64,000 nucleotides of DNA from NCBI RefSeq assembly GCF_011386835.1, contig NC_088803.1:36394001-36458000 (forward strand), in the 5' to 3' direction. The translations under genes were made by a program, and so were the position numbers. Shown here one piece after another: positions 1-12,613 of this stretch (its first letter is position 1; each line of letters opens with the position of its first letter). The notes beneath the pieces are model-generated. The model saw nothing but the letters and a program-made list of their open reading frames with translations. It did no database searches and was not told the origin of the DNA. The DNA comes from Chrysemys picta bellii (taxonomy: Eukaryota).

Positions 1-246
1 GTCACCCCATCAACCTGTTGTCCCTGGCCCTAAACATTCAGTGATAGATGATCAGAAATACCTGTGAGCAATTGCAGGCCTAATTTGCACATTCAATTTC
101 CTTGATTGCATGCAAAAATTGCCCATTTGTATATGTAAATAATTAGTGAGATTTATAAATGGTCAATTGTGCGTGCAAAAATCCAGAATATAAATGTGCA
201 TTTACAAAAACTTTGCATGCATATTAGGTGTACAATTGCACATGCA

Positions 247-1095
247 TTAAGAACATAAGAACTTCCACACTGGGTCAACCAATGGTCCATCTAACCCTGT
301 ATCCGTGTCTTCTGACAGTGGCCAGTGCCACGTGCCCCAGAGGAAATGAACAGAGTAGGGTAATTTTGTGTGATTCATCCGCTGTTGCCCAGTCCCAGGT
401 TCTGGCAATTGGAGGTTTAGGAACACCTGGAACTAAGAGCCATGGATGGACCTATCCTCCATGAACTTATCTAATTCTTTTTTGAACCAAGGTATACTTT
501 TGGCCTTCACAACATCCCCTGGCAATGAGTTCCACAGGTTGACTGTGCATTGTATGAAGAAATACTTCCTTTTGTTTGTTTTAAACCTGCTGCCTATTAA
601 TTTCATTGGGTGACCTCTAGTTCTTGAGTTATGTGAAGGGGTAAATAACTTCTTATATCATTCATGATTTTATGTATCTCTATCATATCCCCCCTTCGTT
701 GTCTTCTTTCTAAAATGAACAGTCCTACTTTTACTCTCTTCTCGTATGGAAGCTGTTCCATACCCATAGTCATCTTCATTGCCCTTTTCTGCGATGGGCC
801 CTTTTTGAGATGGGCTGACCAGATTTGCATGCAGTATTAAAGGTGTGGGTGTACAGTGGATTTATATAGTGGCATTATGATATTTTCTGTTTTATTATCT
901 ATCCCTTTCCTAATGGTTCCTAACATTCTCTTAGCTTTTTTGACTGCTGCTGCACATTGAGTGGATGTTTTCAGAGAACTTCCATGAGGACTCCAAGATC
1001 TCTTTCTGGAGTGGTAACAGCTGATTTAGATCCCATCATTTTGTATGTATATTTGGGATGATTTTTTCCAATGTGCATTACTTTGCACTTATCAT
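247..1095 (-). mobile_element. CR1 LINE 3' fragment (5'-truncated), in GDAP1L1 intron 5
   Basis: Begins with TAAGAACATAAGAA (reverse complement of the CR1 3' microsatellite tail). ORF 603..830 (MEQLPYEKRVKVGLFILERRQRRGDMIEIHKIM) resembles the CR1 ORF2 C-terminus. Clearly similar to the copy at 6452-7085. Boundaries approximate. Confidence 0.9.
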
Positions 1096-1203
1096 TACTG
1101 AATTTCTTCTGCCACTCTCCTTAAGTGATAGGTTACAAACCATAATTAGGGGGAATATTTTTCTCCTTTTTTTTTTTTTGCCATTTGCAGCCATAAGCAC
1201 TGA

Positions 1204-1600
1204 GGCCTGGTTTACACTACAGAGTTAGGTCGATGAAAGGCAGCTTACATCAACCTAGATCTGTAAGCGTCCACACTAAAATGTAGCTCCCATCACTGTA
1301 ACTCGCCCACTACGCTGACGTAATAACTCCACCTCCGTGAGAGACGTAGCGCTTAGGTCAATGTAGTTAGGTTGACCGAGTGTCAGTGTAGACACTGTGC
1401 TGCTTACATCGACTGTTGCTGTCTTTCAGAAGCTGTCCCACAATGCCCCGCACTGACAAATTGACGCAAGAGCTCCTGGCGAGGACATGCACCGCTGACA
1501 CAAGGAGTGTAGTGTGGACATGCAAAAGCGATGTAATTCCTGCAGTGGCTGGACGTCGATGTAACTTAGGTCAACTTAATTTTGTAGTGTTGACTTGCCC
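1204..1600. mobile_element. Non-autonomous PIF/Harbinger-type MITE
   Basis: Imperfect TIRs GGCCTGGTTTACACTAC / GTAGTGTTGACTTGCCC with a 3-bp TGA duplication on both sides (1201-1203, 1601-1603). Confidence 0.75.
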
Positions 1601-2697
1601 TGACTAGCTTACAATATGCTATCACTTTGGACCTTTTGTGTGACGCCCCCATTCCCAAGGCATTTCACAAACGAGTCACTGGGAGTGACTAGAAGCTTCT
1701 TGAATTAAACAAAGCCGATGATTTACAAAGCCATACACCAAAGCCTGCACAGGCCAGTGCTAAAATACACTGACAAGGCCACTTATGAGAAATGTCTTGT
1801 TTATGCGGAAAAGGCACATCTTTAATCCCCCACTGCCTGAGCAGCGAAGGCTGCTCAATCCCTCTCTGCAGAGAGTGCCCTGCTGTGTAACCCATGAGCA
1901 CAGGTTTATTTAGCTCTTTCTAATGCAGTGATGTATTTCCAAACCCTACTCAATGCATCTGAGCAGAATTCCTTGTTCCCTTCCTACTGCACGAAAAGTG
2001 GGACTGTTCCAGGTGTTTTCAGATACGCTCCTGGCCTCCCTGAAGTTGCTTCACTGATCGTAGTTCCATACAAGCTTCTTTGGGCCTCACACACAAACTA
2101 TTGTTACTTTGCAATGGACTCAGTCACAACTGGAGCAGAGGAAGTTCCTCTGCCCCACCCCAGCTCTGTTGTTTTCCAGGGTCACGGTGTAATGTCAAAG
2201 CAGCTCTCACCACAACCTCGCTTCCCTTGTAGGCATGTTCGATGGGAGGTGGGTGGAGCAGTCGATCTGAATGGCGAATGACAAGCCACACCACTGACAT
2301 TTCATCATAGCAGTTGAGTGCAATTACTCCTCTGCCTCTGAACTTTCATCTGGTTTCTTGGGGGTTCATTATGCGGTGTCATCACGCAGCCAGCAGAGGG
2401 GAGTGAAAATAGGGAAAGAGATGTGTGGAACCATGTAACCCGGGCATCTGAGATCAGCAGGGAGCCCTTAACCCTTTGTGTGCTGCACCACACAGGTGTT
2501 ACTTCCTAGGTGGTGCCTCCCAAGGCATCAGAACAATGTCACCTCAGGGATAAGGGTGATTATGGTAAAGAGAAGGGAATGCCTCACAATAACCTCTGGA
2601 TGAGAGGGTGTGACTGTTGTGACGCAGCAAAGCTACTGCTCTGTACTGGGCCAGCGTTTCAGCAGTGCCTTACAAAACACCTCACAAAGCTGCCTAC

Positions 2698-2812
2698 CTT
2701 GATACTCGAGTTTCCTCTTCTCCAACTCGGCTTCAATCTGGTCTAGCACCATTCCCAGCTCGCCAAGGATTTTCTTTAAGTAGCTCACATTGTCGTGTTC
2801 CAGGATCTTGGC
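2698..2812 (-). CDS. GDAP1L1: GDAP1L1 coding exon 5 (115 nt)
   Basis: ttatctag|GCC...CAA G|gtaggc; translates AKILEHDNVSYLKKILGELGMVLDQIEAELEKRKLEYQ; phase-compatible with exon 4. The final exon is not found in 1-2697, so it lies left of the window. Confidence 0.96.
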
Positions 2813-3626
2813 CTAGATAAAAGCCACAGGTTTACACTGAATGGGTGGCCTTGAGACCACACGTTCCTTGCGCAGGTGCTCTTGGCACTAGAAAGGGTGC
2901 AATGCAGAACATACACAACACCTTCTAAACCCCTTCGTCATTCTAGTTATTCAACAGCTGCAGGAGGAGTTCACCAGACTCTGGAGAGAAGATTCATCCA
3001 TGTAAAAGTGACCCCCTGCTGACACCTACTCAACCATGGGGAGGCAACTTCCATTTTAGCCCAGCTCAGCACAGTTCCTACTAGCTTTGGCTAAGAGAAA
3101 GCAACTCCTAGCCCAAGGTGGCTTCCAGCTCAGCAGCACAGCTCCTCAAGGCTCAGCAAGGGGTGGAAGCCTCCCAGGTGAGACTAGCACAGCTGAGCTC
3201 TTGCCACTTTGGCCCCGGGAAGCAACTTCCCGGTAAGAGCAGCTCAGCATAGATCTGACTGGATCAGCCAGAGAAGCACCCTTTGGGCTCACATAACGGA
3301 GCTGCTTCCTGGAGACCACACAAGCCCCAGCTGGCATCCCAGTTGCAGTAAAATTCAGGATGCCCCATTGTGAGTCCAGCCCCAGAGAGGGGTGAGGGGA
3401 AAGAAAGGCTCTACTAGTGGTTTCAGCTCACTTGGGAGTCTAGTCCCCAGGTGGTACAGACACAACATCAGGGTGACTTGGGAGGAAATATTCAGCACTT
3501 TAGAATGGATCCGGTCTCTCAGTAGTATCAGAGCCCCAGCAATGGGCGCCCTTGACTGTTCTTTGGGGTCCATCCTCCCTCTCCCTCCTAGAAATAAAGT
3601 CCCATGTGTTGCTGTAGATGTCTTAC

Positions 3627-3724
3627 CATGAGTTTCTTCTGTTTGGAAAGGTATGGCTCAGTCAGCTGGGGCTCCCCTTCGTAGTCCAGCTTCATCAGCT
3701 CCGTACTGGCATTAGCTAAGTGTC
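3627..3724 (-). CDS. GDAP1L1: GDAP1L1 coding exon 4 (98 nt)
   Basis: ctccccccag|GACAC...CTCATG|gtaaga; translates (R)HLANASTELMKLDYEGEPQLTEPYLSKQKKLM. Confidence 0.96.
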
Positions 3725-4746
3725 CTGGGGGGAGACAGAAGGACAGTTCGGGGGAGCTGTTGCATCCTCTCGCACTGTGGATGGGAGGCTAGTTTCAGCA
3801 GCGGTGATGCCGACCTGGCACTGTGTGAAAAGAGCCTCATTCTGGCTATGAAACTGTCATTCTCCCCCCAATCATTACACCTGGAAAAGTGGTTTCTACT
3901 GCACACCTGTCTGTATAGTGGCCTCAATCAGCCTTGGTGCAAGGAGGTGTAACTTTAGATCTAACTTCCAGAGTTGTACCACCCTGGGTGGGGGGCAGAA
4001 TCCAGATCTTCTTGCAGCCAAAAACTGCAGCTGCCCATGGACCTTGTGATTGTGCAAATACTGGTAAAAACATGAAGGTAGATCCCCAGGTAAATTGAAA
4101 TCAGTGTACACCAAGTAAGGATCTGGCCCATTAACTTTCACAGTAAATATTTGCCGAGACATTTTGTTCAGCTCTGGTGGGTTTACCCTTGGAGAGTGTA
4201 ATTGATAGGGAATTGCGAGCATCATCTAGAGAACAGTTTGAAAGCAAGGCTGTTAGTCTATAAATCACCTTGAGGTGCAGTTCATTTGTGTAAAAAGTGC
4301 TACGTGAATATGCAAGAACTTACAGTACCAGAAAGTACGTCAGCATATGCTTAAATCCCATTGAAACTGGGGCTTTTCTCAATCTGGGCCTGTCAAGCGA
4401 AAGACTGTTCTCAGTCACGCTGGTGGTTTCAACGCAGTTACTCCGGATTTTACAGAAGTGTAACTGAGAACTGAATCTGGTTTATTAATAATAATGATCA
4501 CTGATAATTAATAAGCAACAGCCTGATTTAAGCTAGAGATGGGAACACTTTCCATTTTGAGCAAGAAGCATGGCTAGCTCCATTGTACCAGGAAGATACG
4601 TACTACCCCATCAGCAAGGAGTACTAATAGCCTCCCTGGGCACTTTGATGGCCTAAGCCTGACCCTGCTTGCCTTTGGGATCCCAAACTCCCAGTGAAGT
4701 TACTGGGATTTGGGGATGTGGCAGGAATGCAGGACTTGGCCTATAA

Positions 4747-4959
4747 CAAGGATCGGCAACCTTTGGCATGCGGCCCGTCAGACGGGCCGAGGGATGTGCT
4801 GGCCGCCGCTTCCCGCAGCCCCCGTTGGCCTGGAACAGTGAACCGCGGCCAGTGGAAGATGCGATTGGCAGAACCTGCGGATGCTGCAGGTAAACAAACT
4901 GGCCCGGCCCGCTAGTGGATTTCCCTGATGGGCCACGTGCCAAAGATTGCTGATCCCTG
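4747..4959. mobile_element. hAT-type MITE (213 bp)
   Basis: About 30-bp imperfect TIRs (CAAGGATCGGCAACCTTTGGCATGCGGCCC / GGGCCACGTGCCAAAGATTGCTGATCCCTG); 8-bp TSD GCCTATAA / GCCTACAA. Confidence 0.88.
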
Positions 4960-6451
4960 GCCTACAATAACAACACCTTAAGTATAGATAGATGTACAGC
5001 AAGGTATGCAGTGCACATTCACCCTTCCTCTGAGACTCACATATCCAGGACACTTTGCTTGTGGTAGCTGATGATGCAGTGAACAGGTTACTAGATTAAA
5101 AACAGACACCTCTGGAGGCTCATCAGTGAACAAGATAGCCCAGTAATGACTCGCTTCCCCCTTGCTTTCTTGTGCCTCCCTTAAATGATCACTGGTAATT
5201 ATGACAACATCAGTGGTTCAGCAAGATGCAGGGCTAGTCTATAAATCAGCCTCTGGCTTTCCCTTCATTCCCCAGCACAGCCAGAGTGATTAATGCCTGT
5301 ACAGTATCACGGCCAGCCCACTGCTCATCTCCTCGAGAGGGGTGAGGTGTACCTGGCATAGCTGCCTGGGGTTGGGAAGAGGGTTGCGAGTATGATACAG
5401 ATATTTCCTTATCCATCCCCCTCACTCTGCTGCAAGTGAAAGCTGGACCTGGCTGTTTATCCAGGTCATGGACTGATTTTAAAGAATAGTTATGCCATTT
5501 GGTAGAGTTGGTAGTTTCTGTGCAAGAAGAACTCAGCCGTGGAATACAGAGTGAGTTGCAGGCAGCACTGGGCCATGGGCAGAGCTGTGTATGGGGAACC
5601 TAGGACCCAGAATAGCAACATTCTTTGTAGATAAATATCATGACAGCAATGTGTTAGGTGTAGTGAGTTTGTCAGGCTTGATAGGAGTTGCTGTTACATG
5701 ACAGTGGCATTGAGGGGCTCATAGGGGCACAGATGTACAGAATTTCATGGGTAGACTTTGTAATTAATAAACCATTTGTTCAGCTCTTATAAAGGTCCCA
5801 GCAATGTCTATTTTGTATGCACAAGGCAAATGAGGGTGAAAAGAACACAACACAAACTACTGATCTGATGAGGATAAAGCTGCAGGCACAAGGTATGCAG
5901 CAGCAAGTGTTCAGGAAAGCTTTAAAAAGTACGTATGCTGGCAGTCTAACAGGAATCCAGAAGAGAAAATTAAGAGCTGAATATCATTTGAAGTCCACTG
6001 GGGCTGGGATGAACCTGCTGGGGGATGACATGGCATTTAGCTTTTATTATGATATTGGGACTATGCCACCACTATTGTTAAGGTTGAGGCCAGCTTACTG
6101 TTTACCAGCTGGTAAGTGCCTGAATTATACAGCAAGTATGTTTCAGCAAGGGCTGCCCTTGGGCTGCAGGTAAGAGGCATGACTTGGTCAATGTGGCATT
6201 TTCTGCAGTGTGTTCTGTCCCACAGAATTGCATTCGCTCATTCTTTGGTATGCACCCCAACTGTCCTGCACTGTGCTAGGGACAGTGTATTGCCTGGTGC
6301 AAGGACTGCTTGCAGCAGGTTGATCTGTGATATGAGGAGAGGTGCATCTGAATCCAGAGAGCTCCCGGACTCCTTATTTCTGTGCTGAGCCATGGGGGTT
6401 GTTCAAGAGGAGCAAAATGGTATGTTCTTGCTATGGGGATTTGTACCAGTG

Positions 6452-7085
6452 TAAGAACATAAGAATGGCCAGACTGGGTCAGACCAATGGAATCCTGTCT
6501 TCAGACAGTGGCCAGAGCCAGATGCTTCAGAGAGAATGAACAGAACAGGGCAATTATCAAGTGATCCATCCCCTGTTATCCAGTCCCAGCTTCTGGCAGT
6601 TGGAAATGTAGGGACACCTAGAGCATGAGGTTGCATCCCTGACCATGTTGGCTTATACCCATTGATGGACCTGTCCTCCATGAATTCCTCTAATTCTTTT
6701 TTGAACCAAGTTATACTTTTGACTTTCACAACATCCCTGGCAACAAGTTCCACAGGTTGATTGTGCGTTGTGGGAAGAAGTACTTCCTTTTGTTTGTTTT
6801 AAACCTGCTGCCTATTGATTTCATGGGGTGATCCTAGTTCTTTTGTTGCGTGAAGGGGTAAATAACACTTCCTTATTCACTTTCTCCACACCAGTCATGA
6901 TTTTATAGACCTCTATCATATCTCCCCTTAGTTGTCTCTTTTCTAAAATGAGCAGTCCCAGTCTTCTTAATCTCCTTGTATGGAAGCTGCTCTGTATCCC
7001 TTATCATTTTTGCTGCCCTTCTGCACCTTTTACAATTCTAATAGATCTTCTTTGAGATATGGTGACCAGACCTGCACACAGTATC
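6452..7085 (-). mobile_element. CR1 LINE 3' fragment
   Basis: TAAGAACATAAGAA tail; ORF 6403..6753 (DVVKVKSITWFKKELEEFMEDRSINGY) resembles the CR1 ORF2 C-terminus; similar to 247-1095. Confidence 0.9.
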
Positions 7086-7109
7086 AAAAGCTCATGATAC
7101 TTTTGTTTT

Positions 7110-7460
7110 CTTTGTAACCAGTTTGTTCCTATTATCCTTGCTCATTATTACTTAGATCTCTGTCCACTATTAATAAACCTGTTATTCATTTTACTATAAG
7201 TTCATCCCAGTGCAATGTTTTCACATAAAGTGCGAAACCTCTGCCGAGCCAACAGGCTGGTGTGTATACGGTCTCTTTGGAGACAGCAGACTTGGTAATC
7301 TCTGGGAATGTCCAGTGGCAGGGGCTGGACACTGCAGAGGAATGCACTTCTAGGGGGGGTTGGGGACAAGGGTGTATCAAGTGTTCCCTGTAAGGAAAAG
7401 AGGGCTGGCAGAGTCCTAGGGAACTTGGTTGGCTGGCTAGCAACCTGGGGGTGACACTCA
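7110..7460 (+). mobile_element. Probable partial solo LTR (Gypsy-like)
   Basis: Starts TGTAAC, contains AATAAAC and GTCTCTTTGGAGACAGCAGACTTGGT, ends near GGGGTGACA. No TSD verified; recognised from memory of turtle LTRs. Confidence 0.4.
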
Positions 7461-9340
7461 CAAATCTCTCTCTTGCTAAGGCAAAGGGGTAACAAGGTCA
7501 CCTGGAGTTCCGGTCACCCCAAGAAAGCATCCCAACATCTACCTCTGAAGCAAGGAGTACTCAGTCGTCCTGCCAGGGGAAGTTCTCCCTCTAATGAATG
7601 TGCCATCCCAGGAGCTGAGGAGTTCAGAATTATAATGGTAAATAATGAATGGCTTTAGTTGTATGTTCTTTCATCCTATGTCCCTCTCTCTCTGTTCTGC
7701 ATCTCTCTCCCACTGACCAGGCGACTGCCCAGCAGCTTCTGTCCAAAATGCATCCTGGCTTCCTGGTTCTGCCAACCGCTGATCCAATGGACTGGTATAA
7801 TCCCAATCCTAGAGAACTTCTTTTAGGCACACGGCTGGAAGCCTTTTACTTCGTCTTCTGTGCACTAAGCTGTGGTCAGCCAACACCATTGTCATCAAGT
7901 CTTCATAGACACACAGCACAGGGAAAAGAACCCACACTCTTATGCTTGCTTAGATTGTACGCTCTTTGGGGCAAGGACCATCTTTGTATTCTGTGTTTGT
8001 CCAGGGCCTAGCTCCTAGGGGCTACCGCAATATAAATAGATACTGATAATCATCACTGTGCTCCAAAACCACAAGGTGGTACTCAGTAAATTGCAGTAGT
8101 GGCACTAACTTAACCAGTAGAAGGGACTGCTAGCCACATGAGCAGATCTGCTTCCACCCATTAGAAAGCAATAGTGTACGTGTGCACATAGAAACACATA
8201 CATGTGATGGAGTGCAACCATCTCAACATAAAAAACCCACTGATGTCAAGAAAGAGCCCACCATACGCACTGACCAATAGGAAGACTTGAGAAGGGACTG
8301 AGATAGAAAAGGAGGTGGAGATTAACCTGAGGTGCACAGATACTACAGTGAGGGGGCCTGATAAGTAGCCCAGATAGACCGATACTGAGGGGTCAAGGAA
8401 CCTTCCCAGAGTAACAAAGGGTGTTTGTGGCAAAGTCAGGAATAGAATGAAGGGGGCCTGTCTCCCCACGCCGATTGCTATACAATCTTTTCTGAGGCAG
8501 ACTCTACAATGATGGAATTGTTAGTGCAGGGGGCCGGAATTATTGTTCCATCAAGGTGGAAGGCCAAAACTGAGTTCAATGTTGTTGAGAATGTAGGGGA
8601 AATGATCTCTCCGTTAACATAGTGTGACCTTCATTTCCCCCAGTAGGGGGTGGGTCCCCCTCTTTATACATGCACAGTGCTCAAATCCTTTCTATGACTG
8701 CTTTTGTGCTCCGAGAGTGTTGACCTGGATTTGGTCTATGCAGAGCCCTGCAGTGCTCTCTGTCCCTAGCACAGCTTCAAGGTGCTCTCTGGGATGAACA
8801 CTACTGTCATGTACACTGTGTTCCCAGGGTGAAAACCTGGCCATATTGACGTTCATGGTAAAACTCCCATTGGCTTCAGTGGGGCTAGGAGTTCACCCCC
8901 TGTGTTTAGCACTGTGGTTAGAACTGTTTCACTGCAATTCCCCCTTTCCCTTTCACTTCCCTGACAAGGTAAGAAATGTTCGTGTGTTTCTCAACAGTAT
9001 ATTGTAAGCACCAGTTTGTTCTGTGCTTGACTCTTCCTGGTATAATTCTCATCAACTTGGTTTCTCATCCTTGACTCCATTAGCCTTATTCTGGATTTAA
9101 ACCAGCTCCACTGAGAGTACAATTTGGCCCTATGTGTGCCAATGGGATATTTGCATGAGCAGATTGCACTTTGTAATACTCCCTTTACGTACTTAGGGCA
9201 TGTCCTGGATGTGAAGCCTCAGGACTGAGAGCAGGAGGGAAGTCTAGGTCAGATCACAAAAGAACTTCAGTGAGGGTGGAAGGGAGAAGACTTCAAGGTG
9301 CCTGTGGCACAAGGAAAAGGCAGGGTGGAGATGCAAAGGC

Positions 9341-9552
9341 CAGGGCCGGCTCAAGGCACCAGCTTGGCAAGCAGGTGCTTGGGGCAGCCACTCAGGAGAG
9401 GGGCGGCAGGTCCAGCTATTCGGCGGCAATTCGGCGGACAGTCCCTCACTCCCGCTCCGAGCGAAGGACCTTCCGCCGAATTGCCGCCGCAGATCGCGAT
9501 CGCGGCTTTTTTTTGGCTGCTTGGGGCGGCGAAAACCCTGGAGCCGGCCCTG
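9341..9552. mobile_element. hAT-type MITE (212 bp), CpG-rich and probably young
   Basis: Perfect 12-bp TIR CAGGGCCGGCTC / GAGCCGGCCCTG; perfect 8-bp TSD GCAAAGGC (9333-9340, 9553-9560). Confidence 0.95.
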
Positions 9553-12439
9553 GCAAAGGCGCATATAAGAAGATGGAGATGGGGCGCCCATATGAGAAAA
9601 GGCTGTGACTGCATGTGAGAGAATCCCAGCTAGATGGGGATGGGACACAAACAGCAAAGACTCTGAGGAAAATCTGGCAGAGAAGGACATCATCAACAGC
9701 AGACATTTGATTGTCTGTGATACATGAGCCCAGCTTAATTCCAGATCCTAGGATGGGCTTGTCAAAGGTTAAAAATCTTGTACTTGTAAACTGTGATCCA
9801 TGAGCAATTCTGATCCAGAGTCCTTGAGAGACAATAACGGTGGGGCCCTCCAGTGTCATTCTGACAAAGTCACTTCCCAGAGGAGAACCGTACTTTAAGA
9901 GTAGTCATTGCAGCTGAGTTATATTAAGTATCGTCAATGTTTCATGAATGCTTGAAGGTCAAGTACACAGTCTTACGTCGCTTCATCCAGTGTCTGTAAT
10001 TGAATCCCTGTGCAGTCTCCCCCATATGACCTTTAAATTATTGAAAATAATAATGAAATAGCCCACTGGAGGTGTGGGAAAGGAGAGGAAGAAGGAGAGC
10101 AGGAGAGAGCGCACATGAAAAGGAGCAGAGCAGCAGGGAGAAAGTATGCATGAAAGAGAGGGAGAAAAAGAGAGATAAGGAGAGGGAGGAAAGAGAGGCT
10201 GTGATTTGGACACTTGATGTGGTCCGTTATGATATTCCCCCTCCTGCTCAAAGAGAAAGTACTAGGGCTTCATGGGAGGCAGTAGGCAGTCTTTGGGGAT
10301 AGAGTCCATTCCCCAACCCACAGGCAGGCCACAGGGCTAATATACCCTCCACCCCCTCACTCACACACCCATGGCTGCTATTCCACCTACCTGGGCCCTG
10401 CGGGCCATTGGATCCTACAGGCCTCTTCCACACACAGCCCTGCACCCATGCTGGCCTGTTTAGTACTGGTGTGGATCCCCCTCCATGGTGCGAAGAGGGG
10501 CAGATAACCCTTTTGTGGCCAGGACTCCAAAGTCTGTACTCGCCAAAACTCACAGCCCCACTGGGGCGTAAGGTTCAAAGGGCTGTCTTAGTCCTCAAGA
10601 ATGGACAACACATGTTAGAATGGAATGCGCTCGGCAATCATGGAAACCCGGGCCCTAAGCGTGTGCATTGCATGCCCTGTTTGGCACAGTCTCTGAGCTG
10701 TGATGTGCAGGATAACAATCTCTCCTAGCTGTGCCCCCTCAGCAATAACAGCTTATGCATCCGAATGCAATATGCTTTATAAAATAATGAAGGGTGCAGC
10801 ATGTCCTCCACCCGCATGTATGAATAAAACATCTGCAAAGGGCCCAGTAACTGACAGCGATAATGTTGGTTCTGGACACGTGGAGGCTGATCCCTCTGAA
10901 CTGCGACTAGACGGACTAAATACCCTCTGTCCCAAAGGCTGCATTTGATTTCTCTGTCTCCTTTCCAGACTGGTTGTTTGGAATCAGAACCACCACACCA
11001 TAATTATCTCAAGTGAATAACAATGCCATAGAAAGCCGTAAAGAGGCTACTCACTGGCTGAGCATCTTAGTCATGGGTAACTGGCAGAACGTAGTGCCTG
11101 GATGTTAGCCACTCTGGGTCAGGTTCAGTTCTGGCTTAAAATAATGCAACTCCACTGAAGCCCAACAGACTAGCACCTGCTTGCGCCAGGACTGGCCCTG
11201 GCCCTCTGGGTTTTTATGTCTGTATCTATTATGATGACAGGGCTTTGACAGCAGCTCTTCTTGATGCTGACAGTGCACTCCATTGCATGCTCAGTGCCTG
11301 GTCATGAGAGAAGTCCTGCAGCTCCCATTGCAGCAGGTTCACAATCCCCATCTGCCTCTCTGGTCACAGGGTACAAATATCCTACAGGAAAGAGACAATC
11401 ATCTTGGAGAGGATGATAAGCCCCATCTGGGATCCTGTAAGCAGTGCCCTGGGCAGCACTCTGCGGGAAGATTATTGTCCTAGAGAAGGGGACCCAGAAG
11501 GAAGCAAGGGTGATACTATGTCTGGAGGATCTAATGGTCCCATCCTGGAAGGTGCTGGCTACCCTCCATCTTCTCACTGTCTCACAGGGAACCAGGGATG
11601 CTCCTCGCTACTCAGCAGTTGATTGTGAGTAGAGTTGTGCGGGAACCGGAATTTCCATTTTGTGAAATGAAAAATCACAATGTTCCATTTCAAAAATGCC
11701 AAAATGGAATGTTCCAACATTATCGAAACAAAATTTTGACATGATCCCCTGGAAAATAGCAGGTTCAACTAAATGGAATTTTCCAATGGAAAAACATTCT
11801 GTCCAAAATGTTTCTACCAGTTCTAGCTGTAAGCTACGGGGAATGGTCAAGGGTTGATTCATCATGGGCAAAGGAGACTGAGATTTTCAAAGTGGCAGGA
11901 TTTCCATTGTTTCACAAGATATATTTTCCACCCTGGCGAGGGGCACAGTGTAAAATGTGAGTGACTTGGAACTCATGCAGAATGGCTTTGAACCAGAGGG
12001 AATAAACATCTGGAGTAAAGCTCCCGGAGAAAGCAACTGAAGTAAAGAGCATACAGGAGTCTGAGCGACACCTGACATTTGCTTCCAGAGAAGCCATTGT
12101 ATTGGGTCAGTAAGCCACTAGACTGTCTCCTGTTCTTCAAGGAAGAGTTCTGCTCTGTCTCCTGGGCACATCTGTTTGAGCAGGCCCCGATGGAAGGCTG
12201 AAGTCACTGAAGGTGAAATGTAGTCACATGACCAAATGATGCGCAGTAGCTCAGGGGAAAGAACTGCTTCTGCTTTGGTTGATTTACTCTGCATCTCCTA
12301 TGCCCTTGTGTTTTTAAATGTGTGTCAACAGCACCTGTCGGTGTGGAGTTTGCAAAAGGCCAAGATAGAAAGAAATAAACATCCCACGCCATGCCACTGT
12401 TCACTAGCGGTAGGCAGCCCTGCTAAAGAGGCAACTTAC

Positions 12440-12613
12440 TGCGGATTTCAGCTGTAGCGTACTTTGGAATCATGGAGTCAGTGGTGAGCTCGGGATGGAG
12501 GATACAGCCGTGAGTGTAGACGTCCATGGGCAGTGAGTCCAGGAGCTCTCTGTACTGCACCACTCTTGTGTGGAGAATGCTCCCGGTGTCGGGGATCAGC
12601 TGGGTAACATTTT
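12440..12613 (-). CDS. GDAP1L1: GDAP1L1 coding exon 3 (174 nt)
   Basis: gtttcag|AAAAT...CGCA|gtaagt; translates (E)NVTQLIPDTGSILHTRVVQYRELLDSLPMDVYTHGCILHPELTTDSMIPKYATAEIR. Confidence 0.97.

Noticed and set aside
3740-4230. Possible degenerate LINE endonuclease remnant (DFNLP and disrupted SDH-like motifs)
   Set aside because: Too few and too degenerate motifs to call without a profile search.
5817-6388. 118-aa and 90-aa plus-strand ORFs in GDAP1L1 intron 3
   Set aside because: No recognisable domain or exon structure; lengths are within chance expectation.
7718-7808. Possible 91-nt exon in GDAP1L1 intron 3 (tctctag|...CTG|gtcagt)
   Set aside because: Poor polypyrimidine tract, non-optimal donor and no similarity to known GDAP1L1 sequence.
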